From Burkholderiales bacterium (GTDB lineage Bacteria; Pseudomonadota; Gammaproteobacteria; Burkholderiales; Burkholderiaceae_C): 58,595 bases of DNA. The notes beneath the pieces were generated by a model. That model did no database searches and had not been told where the DNA came from. It was given only the letters and a program-made list of their open reading frames with translations. Each line of letters starts with the position of its first letter. Position 1 is the stretch's first letter. The stretch covers positions 1-58,595 of the forward strand of contig JBBQSS010000001.1 in the NCBI GenBank assembly GCA_038213665.1, given 5' to 3'. This document shows positions 41,725 to 49,919 of this stretch, in pieces. The position numbers and the translations under genes are program-made.

Positions 41725-42408
41725 ATGCAGCCCATTCCACCGTCCTGGCAACACGCCGCAAACCAGACGCCTGCACAGTTGTGGCAGATACCGACAGACC
41801 ATGTGTTCATTGAGGGCCGACTCGAACTCACCAACGAGCCTTCAGGTTTGGTCTTGTTTGCCCATGGCAGCAGCAGCAGCCGCCACAGCCCGCGCAACAA
41901 CGCCGTCGCCCAGGTGTTGCGTGACAAGGGCTTGGGCACGCTGCTGATGGACTTGTTGACCGCAGAAGAAGATGGCAACCCTCACCTGCGTTTTGACATT
42001 GATCTCTTGACCCAACGCCTGCTCAACGCCACGCACTGGGCCGTCAACGGCTCCGCGACTGCAGACCTTCCGATAGGCTATTTTGGTACAAGCACCGGTG
42101 CGGCAGCCGCCTTGCGGGCCACCGCCGCACTGGGCGCCAACACCGTGCGGGCCGTGGTTTCACGCGGTGGCCGCCCTGACCTCGCCGGGCTTGCTGATCT
42201 GGCGCGGGTTCGCACGCCGACTTTGTTGCTGGTGGGCGGGCTTGACACGGAGGTGCTTGAACTCAACCAGGCGGCCTATGCCCTGCTGCCATGCATCAAG
42301 CAACTCAGCATCGTGCCCGGTGCCACCCATTTGCTTGAGGAAGCCGACACGCTGGCACAGGTGGCCAGCCAGGCCGCTGCCTGGTTTAGCCACCATCTGT
42401 CGGACTGA
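41725..42408 (+). CDS. Dienelactone hydrolase-like alpha/beta hydrolase
   Basis: FAHGSSSSRHSPRN, GTSTG nucleophile, SRGGRPDL, GATHL. Confidence 0.85.
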   Translation: MQPIPPSWQHAANQTPAQLWQIPTDHVFIEGRLELTNEPSGLVLFAHGSSSSRHSPRNNAVAQVLRDKGLGTLLMDLLTAEEDGNPHLRFDIDLLTQRLLNATHWAVNGSATADLPIGYFGTSTGAAAALRATAALGANTVRAVVSRGGRPDLAGLADLARVRTPTLLLVGGLDTEVLELNQAAYALLPCIKQLSIVPGATHLLEEADTLAQVASQAAAWFSHHLSD

Positions 42409-42547
42409 CGCGCAACCCCGTCATGACGGACCCGCGCCTGCGCGAATCCACCCGAAAAAAAATTGATTATTCGCAATGCACTGTGCCACACCGGAACTAT
42501 TCTGACAGCCCATATTGCACCATTTGAATGACCGATCAGGAGACGAC

Positions 42548-43201
42548 ATGAAAACCGATTCCGAGCTGAAGCAGGATGTGCTCTCCGAGCTGTTGTGGGA
42601 CCCGCTGGTGCCCGAGACCAAAGTGGGTGTGTCCGTCAATGAAGGCGTGGTCACCCTGACCGGGCACCTGGACGCTTATGCCGAGAAAGTGGCCACCAAG
42701 CGGGCTGTGGAACGCGTCAACGGCGTCAAGGCGGTCGCGGTAGAGCTTGATGTGATTGCGCAAGGGCCCCACCAGCGCAGCGACACCGAAATTGCGCTAG
42801 CCGCCCAGCACGCGCTGGACTGGAACACCTCCGTACCCCAGGATCGGGTCAAGATTGCCGTCGAAAAGGGCTGGGTGACCCTGACGGGCGAGCTCGACTG
42901 GAACTTCCAGCGCCGGGCGGTTGAACGCATCATTCGCCCCCTCAAGGGCGTCATCGGCATCACGGACGACATCCAACTCAAGATGCAGCCGGTCACGGGC
43001 AATCTCAAGGAAAGAATTCAGGACGCATTGACACGCCAGGCGATGCGCGAAGCCCGTCGGATCGACGTGTCGGTGGACGGCGGCGTGGCCACACTGCAAG
43101 GCCACGTGCACTCCTGGGCCGAACGCACCGCCGCCGAAGGCGCCACCTGGTCGGCACCCGGCGTGACCCGCGTCGTCAACCAGATCACGATTGACGACTG
43201 A
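42548..43201 (+). CDS. Triple BON-domain (OsmY-like) protein
   Basis: Three GxVTLxG repeats; RBS aggaga. Confidence 0.9.
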   Translation: MKTDSELKQDVLSELLWDPLVPETKVGVSVNEGVVTLTGHLDAYAEKVATKRAVERVNGVKAVAVELDVIAQGPHQRSDTEIALAAQHALDWNTSVPQDRVKIAVEKGWVTLTGELDWNFQRRAVERIIRPLKGVIGITDDIQLKMQPVTGNLKERIQDALTRQAMREARRIDVSVDGGVATLQGHVHSWAERTAAEGATWSAPGVTRVVNQITIDD

Positions 43202-43234
43202 CCCAGCAACAGCTTGTCCACGAAAAGGCTGAAC

Positions 43235-45628
43235 ATGTGCCCCTCTGACTCGACGACAGGCCTGCTGCCGCAAACCCTGATGGCGGTGCCCGACGATGCC
43301 ATGGTGATCGTGCCGGTGCGCAACATGGTCATGTTTCCCGGCATGGTGGTGCCCATCAGTATTGGCCGCGAGGGCTCGATCAATGCCGCCCGCTATGCGG
43401 TCAAGACCGAGCGGCCGGTGGGCATCCTGACGCAACGCAACCCGGAGGTTGACGCCCCCAAGCCTGAGGACCTGTCGGCCGTTGGCACCGTGGCTACCAT
43501 CCTGCGCTATGTCACGTCCCCAGACGGCTCGCATCACATCATTTGCCAGGGGCAGCAGCGGTTTCGAGTGCTCAGTTACCTGGACGGCTTTGCCTTTCTG
43601 CTAGCGCGTGTCGAGCGCATCGTTGAAACCGTGGCCGAGGACGATCTGGAAATCGAGGCCCGGTATTTGCAACTCAAGCAGCGCGCCGTTGAAGTGTTGC
43701 AACTGCTGCCGCATGTGCCGCAGGAAATGCTCGAAGCCGTCCAAAATGTTGACACCCCAGGCATGCTGGCCGACCTGGTGGCGGGCTACGTGGACATCAA
43801 ACCCTCAGAAAAGCAAGAGCTGCTCGAAGAGGTTGACCTGCGCCGGCGGCTTGACCGCGTCATTGACCTGCTGGCGCATCGCATTGAGGTGCTCAACCTG
43901 TCGCGCGACATCGACCGACGCACCAAGGCCAGCATTGGCCAGCGCGAGCGCGAGTTCCTGTTGCGCGAGCAAATCAAATCGATCCAGAAAAAGCTGGGGG
44001 AAGATACCGACGACAACATGGCCGAACTGACCGAGCTGCGCCAGTTGATCGACGCCGCCCACATGCCTGACGAGGTGGCGAAACAGGCCAAAAAAGAACT
44101 CAAGCGGCTGGAACGCATGTCTGACAGCTCAACCGAGTATTCCATGCTCCGCACCTACCTTGACTGGCTGGTTGAACTGCCATGGAAACCGCCGGAACCC
44201 GATGTGATTGATGTCGCCCAGGCGCGCCGCGTGCTCGACGAAGACCACTTTGGGCTTGACAAGGTCAAGAAACGCATTCTTGAATTTCTGGCGGTGCGCA
44301 AGCTTAAAGCCGGCGGCCACGGTCCGATCCTTTGCCTGGTGGGGCCGCCCGGGGTTGGCAAAACCTCGCTGGGCCAATCCATTGCGCGCGCGCTGGGTCG
44401 CAAATTTGCAAGGGTCTCACTGGGCGGGGTGCATGACGAGGCCGAGATTCGCGGCCATCGGCGCACCTACATTGGCGCCCTGCCCGGCAACATCATGCAG
44501 GCTTTAAAAAAAGCCGGCACCCGCAGCTGCGTCATGATGCTTGATGAAATTGACAAACTCGGCAGCGGCATGCATGGCGACCCTTCAGCGGCGCTGCTGG
44601 AGGTGCTGGACCCGGAGCAAAACAACAGCTTTCGGGACAACTATCTGGCCGTGCCGTATGACCTGTCACAGGTGATCTTCATCACCACCGCCAACATGCT
44701 CGACCCCATACCCGGGCCACTGCGCGACCGCATGGAGGTGCTGCATCTGGCCGGTTACACCCAGGAAGAAAAGCTTGAGATCGCCAAACGCTACCTGGTG
44801 CAGCGCCAGCTCAAAGACACTGGCCTAAAGCCTGAGCAGCTCACCATCACAGACGAGGCCATGATGGACATCATCCGGCATTACACGCGCGAGGCTGGTG
44901 TGCGCAACCTGGAGCGCCAGATTGGCGCCGTATGCCGCAACATGGCGATGCGGATTGCTGAGGGCGAGATCCAGAGCAAACGCGTGGCGGTGTCTGACCT
45001 GGAAGCGATTCTGGGGCCGGCCAAATTCGAGAACGAGGTGGCCTTGCGCGCCGGCGTGACCGGCGTTGCCACCGGCCTGGCCTGGACACCGGTGGGTGGC
45101 GACATCCTCTTCATCGAGGCGAGTCGCACGGTCGGCACTGGCCGCTTAATTCTGACAGGACAACTCGGGGATGTGATGAAGGAGTCGGCTCAAGCAGCCC
45201 TGACCTTGTTGAAATCCAGGGCCGCTGCGTTCAAGCTGGCGCCTGCCGCCTTTGAAAAGCTGGATGTGCATATTCATGTGCCTGCCGGTGCAGTTCCCAA
45301 GGACGGGCCGAGCGCGGGTGTGGCCATGTTCATTGCGCTGGCCTCTTTGTTCAGTGAGCAACCGGTGCGCAACCAGGTGGCCATGACCGGCGAGATCAGT
45401 TTGCGCGGGCTGGTCATGCCGGTGGGCGGGATCAAGGAAAAAGTCCTGGCCGCCCTGGCTGCAGGCATCAAGACGGTGATGCTGCCGGCACGCAACCGCA
45501 AAGACCTTGAAGAAGTGCCCGCTCAAGCCAAGGCGCAGCTTGAATTCATTTTTCTCGACAATGTAGAGGAAGCCTTGCAGGGTGCCCTCGACGTCGATCA
45601 GGTTGACCAACAGGGAGGCGACGCATGA
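43235..45628 (+). CDS. lon: Second Lon protease
   Basis: PVRNMVMFP, GPPGVGKT, LDEIDK, PKDGPSAG, GGIKEK all intact; start approximate. Confidence 0.95.
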   Translation: MCPSDSTTGLLPQTLMAVPDDAMVIVPVRNMVMFPGMVVPISIGREGSINAARYAVKTERPVGILTQRNPEVDAPKPEDLSAVGTVATILRYVTSPDGSHHIICQGQQRFRVLSYLDGFAFLLARVERIVETVAEDDLEIEARYLQLKQRAVEVLQLLPHVPQEMLEAVQNVDTPGMLADLVAGYVDIKPSEKQELLEEVDLRRRLDRVIDLLAHRIEVLNLSRDIDRRTKASIGQREREFLLREQIKSIQKKLGEDTDDNMAELTELRQLIDAAHMPDEVAKQAKKELKRLERMSDSSTEYSMLRTYLDWLVELPWKPPEPDVIDVAQARRVLDEDHFGLDKVKKRILEFLAVRKLKAGGHGPILCLVGPPGVGKTSLGQSIARALGRKFARVSLGGVHDEAEIRGHRRTYIGALPGNIMQALKKAGTRSCVMMLDEIDKLGSGMHGDPSAALLEVLDPEQNNSFRDNYLAVPYDLSQVIFITTANMLDPIPGPLRDRMEVLHLAGYTQEEKLEIAKRYLVQRQLKDTGLKPEQLTITDEAMMDIIRHYTREAGVRNLERQIGAVCRNMAMRIAEGEIQSKRVAVSDLEAILGPAKFENEVALRAGVTGVATGLAWTPVGGDILFIEASRTVGTGRLILTGQLGDVMKESAQAALTLLKSRAAAFKLAPAAFEKLDVHIHVPAGAVPKDGPSAGVAMFIALASLFSEQPVRNQVAMTGEISLRGLVMPVGGIKEKVLAALAAGIKTVMLPARNRKDLEEVPAQAKAQLEFIFLDNVEEALQGALDVDQVDQQGGDA

Positions 45629-45819
45629 AGAACAATGACACGCCAAAACAGCACGTGAACCCAGCCCAAGAGCTTTGTGCCGCGCTGTTTCAATTTCGTG
45701 ATGCACTTATGGAGTTGTCGCTGCGCCTGAAAGACTGGCAATTTGACCACGACCCACAAGGGCGGGCAGCCACCGAACAGGCCATGCGCGAACTGCTGGA
45801 GAAAATCAAACCGCGCTAA
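45625..45819 (+). CDS. Small hypothetical protein coupled to lon2
   Basis: ATGA overlap, RBS gggagg, helical 64 aa. Confidence 0.6.
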   Translation: MKNNDTPKQHVNPAQELCAALFQFRDALMELSLRLKDWQFDHDPQGRAATEQAMRELLEKIKPR

Positions 45820-46008
45820 ATCACGCGGCACAAGCCTGATCTTCGGGTCGGGTGTGTCATTGCGTTTCCAAATCATTCGTGACCACCTGCCGGAAAAAGT
45901 CGCGAGTCAAGTCGTGCCGTGCCGTGCCCTGTTGTCTCCCTGCTGGACGGTGAAATCAGCGTGAGCACCAAATGGGAGGTGCACGCCATCGGACGCCTTT
46001 GAGCTTTG

Positions 46009-46045
46009 TTGTACAGTGCAGTGTATCTACAGTACATATGCTGTA
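46009..46045. promoter_or_regulatory. Candidate RHH operator/promoter of the R-M operon
   Basis: TACAGT direct repeats (46012, 46028) and inverted TACAG-N8-CTGTA (46028-46045). Confidence 0.45.
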
Positions 46046-46057
46046 ACGGATAACACC

Positions 46058-46270
46058 ATGGCCACCACCAAAACCACCACATTGACTTTTCGTATTGAGC
46101 CGGACCTGAAAGAAGCGCTGCGCGTTGTTGCCGAGCAGGAATATCGATCCATTGCCAATATGGTAGCGGTGATGATTCGGGACTATTGTGCAAAAGCGAG
46201 TGTGCCGATTCAGGGTCAGGGCAAGCCCATTGATAGCGCGCCGAAGCGCAATGCAGGTAAGAAACAATGA
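46058..46270 (+). CDS. Ribbon-helix-helix (Arc/CopG-like) regulator
   Basis: TLTFRIEPDLKEALRVVAEQEYRSIANMV beta-helix-helix pattern; ATGA overlap with mod. Confidence 0.78.
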   Translation: MATTKTTTLTFRIEPDLKEALRVVAEQEYRSIANMVAVMIRDYCAKASVPIQGQGKPIDSAPKRNAGKKQ

Positions 46271-48147
46271 CGGACAAAACAGACGACGCCCCAGGTACGG
46301 GGCAATCACCAGATATTGCAGCCGAGCGCCGGGCGCAATTGGCCGCGTTAATTCCCGAAGCGTTCTCCGAAGGTCAGCTTGACATATCCGCACTCAAGCG
46401 GGTGTTGGGGGGTGAGGCTGTGATTGAAGGTGGCGAACGCTATGCCCTGACATGGGCCGGCAAGGCCAATGCCTACAAGGTGCTGCAAACACCCTCCAGC
46501 GCCACATTGCGGCCACAGCGTGACCTGTCGGTGAACTTTGACGAAGCACAGCATGTTTTCATCGAAGGTGAAAACTTGGAGGTGCTCAAGGTTTTGCAGA
46601 AAGCCTACTTCGGCAAGGTCAAGCTAATCTACATTGATCCGCCGTACAACACCGGCTCAGACAGTTTTATTTACCCCGACCGTTTTCAGGAAAGCAAGGA
46701 AGACTACTTGCGCCGCATCAACGATCTGAGCGACGACGGCACCTTGATGCGTGAGGGATTTTTCCGCAAGAACAGCAAGGAGAGCGGGCATTACCACAGC
46801 AACTGGCTGTCGATGATGCTGCCGCGTTTGTACATTGCGCGGAATTTGTTGCGTGAGGACGGGGTGATTTTCGTGTCTTGTGATGACAACGAAGTACACA
46901 ATCTACGGCTATTGATGAATGAGGTGTTTGGGGAGGAAAACTTTGTTGCGCAGTTCGTCTGGAAGGCAAGGCAGTTTACCGATGCCAGAGCGACCACCAA
47001 CGTGTCAACCGACCATGAGTACATCCTGGCCTACGGAAGAACTGTCGAATTTTCTTTGCGCGGTATTGATCGTGATGAAACAAAATTTAGCAACCCCGAC
47101 AACGATCCGCGCGGTTCATGGATGAGCAGAAGCATTCTGGGGCTGGCGACGAAAAATCAAAGGCCCAACCTGCACTATGACTTGGTCGAACCGGGAACCG
47201 GGCGTGTTTTTCCTCCAAATCCGATGACTGGATGGCGCTATTCACAAGAAAAAATGGTCAAAATGCTTGGGGAAGGACGTATTTTGTTTCCGGCAAAAAA
47301 CGACGGGCGTCCTCGCGAGAAGAAATTCCGCAACGAAATGCAGTCAGAGTTTATTTCCTTCCGTAGCGTCATTGACGGCATTCATACTGCTGATGGAACG
47401 CAGGAGGTGAGGGATTTATTAGGTGCGGAGGTTTTCTCATTTCCCAAGCCATCAGAACTTATTGCGCGACTTGCGGACCAAGTTCTGAGTGATGGCGAAA
47501 TCATGGTCGATTTTTTTGCTGGATCGGCTTCGAGCTATGAGGCCATAGCACGTTTGAATTCCCGTAACGGGGTTTTCAGAAAATCAATACTTGTTCAATT
47601 GCCAGAGAGCGTAACCCCTGGAAGCGAAGCAGATAAGGCCGGTTATAAATCAATTGCGGACATTGCCCGCGAACGCATTCGCCGGGTGATATCCAAATTA
47701 GCATCTACGTCTGATCTCGCATCCCCTGCAGCAGTGGGCATCGGGTTCAAGTCTTTCCTCCTCACCCCCTCCAACTTCAAACAATGGCGCGGCGACGGCA
47801 TTGACACCCCCGAGCAATTGGCCAAGCAAATCCAGCTTTTTACCAAGTCCGAAAAAGAAGGCGCGGTGGTCGAGCACATGCTTTATGAGTTGTTGCTGAA
47901 GTTTGGCCAGGAGTTAACCACGCCGATTGAAACGCTGGACGTGGCGGGTGGCAAGGTGTTCGCCATCCATGGTCGAAAGATGCTGTTTGTGTTGGAGTCG
48001 TTTACCGATGCCATGATTCAGCCGCTGGTGGATATGAAGCCACGCGAGATCATTGCGATTGATGGCGTATTCCTGGATTCCGACCCGCTCAAAAGCAATC
48101 TTGATTTGCAGTGTCGCGATTCGGGCATCAAGTTCACTTGTCTATGA
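46267..48147 (+). CDS. mod: Type III R-M methyltransferase (Mod)
   Basis: IEGENLEVLK, IYIDPPYNTG, HSNWLSMM, FPKP, DFFAGS (beta-class N6-adenine MTase order). Confidence 0.95.
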   Translation: MTDKTDDAPGTGQSPDIAAERRAQLAALIPEAFSEGQLDISALKRVLGGEAVIEGGERYALTWAGKANAYKVLQTPSSATLRPQRDLSVNFDEAQHVFIEGENLEVLKVLQKAYFGKVKLIYIDPPYNTGSDSFIYPDRFQESKEDYLRRINDLSDDGTLMREGFFRKNSKESGHYHSNWLSMMLPRLYIARNLLREDGVIFVSCDDNEVHNLRLLMNEVFGEENFVAQFVWKARQFTDARATTNVSTDHEYILAYGRTVEFSLRGIDRDETKFSNPDNDPRGSWMSRSILGLATKNQRPNLHYDLVEPGTGRVFPPNPMTGWRYSQEKMVKMLGEGRILFPAKNDGRPREKKFRNEMQSEFISFRSVIDGIHTADGTQEVRDLLGAEVFSFPKPSELIARLADQVLSDGEIMVDFFAGSASSYEAIARLNSRNGVFRKSILVQLPESVTPGSEADKAGYKSIADIARERIRRVISKLASTSDLASPAAVGIGFKSFLLTPSNFKQWRGDGIDTPEQLAKQIQLFTKSEKEGAVVEHMLYELLLKFGQELTTPIETLDVAGGKVFAIHGRKMLFVLESFTDAMIQPLVDMKPREIIAIDGVFLDSDPLKSNLDLQCRDSGIKFTCL

Positions 48148-48156
48148 GGTCGCACC

Positions 48157-49239
48157 ATGTCTAGTGTTCGCTCTTTGACTGTGACGGGCTACAAGTCCAT
48201 TCGCAAGCTGGAGGCATTCCCCCTGCGCGACCTGAACGTGCTCATTGGTGCCAATGGGGCGGGCAAGAGCAATTTCATTGGCTTGTTTCGTCTTTTGAAC
48301 GAAATCGTCGAAGAACGTTTACAGCTTTTTGTGCAAACGCAGGGTGGACCGGATGCAATGTTGCATGGTGGGCGCACGCAGACGGAGCGAGTGCATGCTG
48401 AGTTCTACTTTGCACGGAATGGTTACAAATTTGACTTGATTCCCACAGCTGACAACCGACTGGTATTTGAAAGTGAACAAAGCTGGTATGCGGGTGAAAT
48501 GCGCCCTGGCTCATACAGCGTCTCGCTTGGCTCTGGACATGAGGAATCCAAACTCAAAGCCGCAACTGATAGTTATTCCCCCTACGTACGTTCCTCAGTT
48601 ACCAATTGGAGGGTCTACCATTTTCATGACACCAGTGAACGTGCCAAGGTCAAACAAAAACATGCAGCGAATGACAATCTGCGCTTGAAGCCGGATGCAG
48701 CCAATTTGGCGGCCTATCTGCGCATGTTGAAGCAAGACCATGAGCCCGAGTATTTCAATATTGTCGGAACCATTCGACTGGTAGCGCCGTTTTTCGATGA
48801 TTTTGTGCATCGACCGGGGGACGTGGAAACGGTTGAACTGGAGTGGCTACAAAAAGGTAACCCTGACACGCCATTCAAAGCGCATATGCTGTCTGATGGC
48901 ACCTTGCGCTTTATTTGTTTGGCCACGCTGTTGCTTCAGCCCTGGTACAAGCTGCCTGAAACGGTGTTGATTGATGAGCCGGAGTTAGGCTTGCACCCGT
49001 ATGCCATTTCTGTGCTGGCTGACATGTTCAAACAGGTTGCAGAAAAGCGGCAGTTGATTGTGTCCACCCAGTCTGTGGAACTGCTGAACGAATTGACGCC
49101 CGACGATGTGATTGTGGTCGACCAGGTGGATGGTGCATCCAACTTCCGCCGCTATACACAGGACGAGTTATCTGGCTGGCTGGAGCAGTATTCCATGGGT
49201 GAGCTGTGGAAGCGCAACGTGCTGGGCGGGCGGCCGTAA
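48157..49239 (+). CDS. ABC-type (AAA_15/AAA_21-like) soluble ATPase
   Basis: Walker A GANGAGKSN, signature LSDGT, Walker B/D-loop LIDEPELGLHP, STQS; no TM segments. Confidence 0.9.
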   Translation: MSSVRSLTVTGYKSIRKLEAFPLRDLNVLIGANGAGKSNFIGLFRLLNEIVEERLQLFVQTQGGPDAMLHGGRTQTERVHAEFYFARNGYKFDLIPTADNRLVFESEQSWYAGEMRPGSYSVSLGSGHEESKLKAATDSYSPYVRSSVTNWRVYHFHDTSERAKVKQKHAANDNLRLKPDAANLAAYLRMLKQDHEPEYFNIVGTIRLVAPFFDDFVHRPGDVETVELEWLQKGNPDTPFKAHMLSDGTLRFICLATLLLQPWYKLPETVLIDEPELGLHPYAISVLADMFKQVAEKRQLIVSTQSVELLNELTPDDVIVVDQVDGASNFRRYTQDELSGWLEQYSMGELWKRNVLGGRP

Positions 49240-49919
49240 TGGTGGAGGTCGTCGTATTTGCCGAAGGCCCCACAGAGGAACAGTTCATTAAACGCCTAGT
49301 GGCCCCCGCCGTGCGCCACTTGCAGGTGTTTGTGAAGCCACAAATGCTGAAAACCTCTCAGGAGGCACGGGGCGGGGCGATCAACTTCGACCGCTTGAAG
49401 TTCAATGCCCGCAATACCTTGCGACAGAATCCCGAATGCGTGTTGACAACGCTTCTTGATCTGTATGGGTTGGATACTTCGTTCCCGGGATTTGAAGAAG
49501 CTAAGTCCAAGCCTGATATGGACAGTCGGGTTAAACACCTCAATGCAAAATTGCATGAAGCATTGGTCGTGCATGTGGGGTGTAGGCCAGAGCGGTTTAT
49601 CCCACATATCCAGCCCTATGAATTTGAGGGCTTACTGTTTTCAGATACTGCTGCGCTGGCGCAAACCGAGCCCGGTTGGTCTGCCAGTGTGCACGAATTG
49701 GCTAAAGTGCGAGCGGCGTTTCTGACCCCGGAACACATTAACGACAGTATTGAAACCAAGCCATCTCGCCGACTAGAACAATTGTTGCGGCCTGGCTATA
49801 AAAAAACACGCCACGGCCCGTTGGTTGCCGAGCGGGTGACCTTGGCGACGATGGAAAAAGAGTGTCCGCATTTTCGCGGCTGGATGGATAGTTTGCGAAA
49901 ACTGGGAGGGGGTGTTTGA
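49239..49919 (+). CDS. DUF4276-like TOPRIM-fold protein
   Basis: VFAEGPTEEQF, LLDLYG, EFEGLLFSD, PEHIND, KPSRRL; TAATG coupling. Confidence 0.75.
   Translation: MVEVVVFAEGPTEEQFIKRLVAPAVRHLQVFVKPQMLKTSQEARGGAINFDRLKFNARNTLRQNPECVLTTLLDLYGLDTSFPGFEEAKSKPDMDSRVKHLNAKLHEALVVHVGCRPERFIPHIQPYEFEGLLFSDTAALAQTEPGWSASVHELAKVRAAFLTPEHINDSIETKPSRRLEQLLRPGYKKTRHGPLVAERVTLATMEKECPHFRGWMDSLRKLGGGV

Noticed and set aside
46009-46045. SOS box upstream of the R-M operon
   Set aside because: Half-sites are in CAG...CTG order, not CTG-N10-CAG
46267-48147. Phase-variable mod (phasevarion)
   Set aside because: No long simple-sequence repeat tract seen; only a short G6 run
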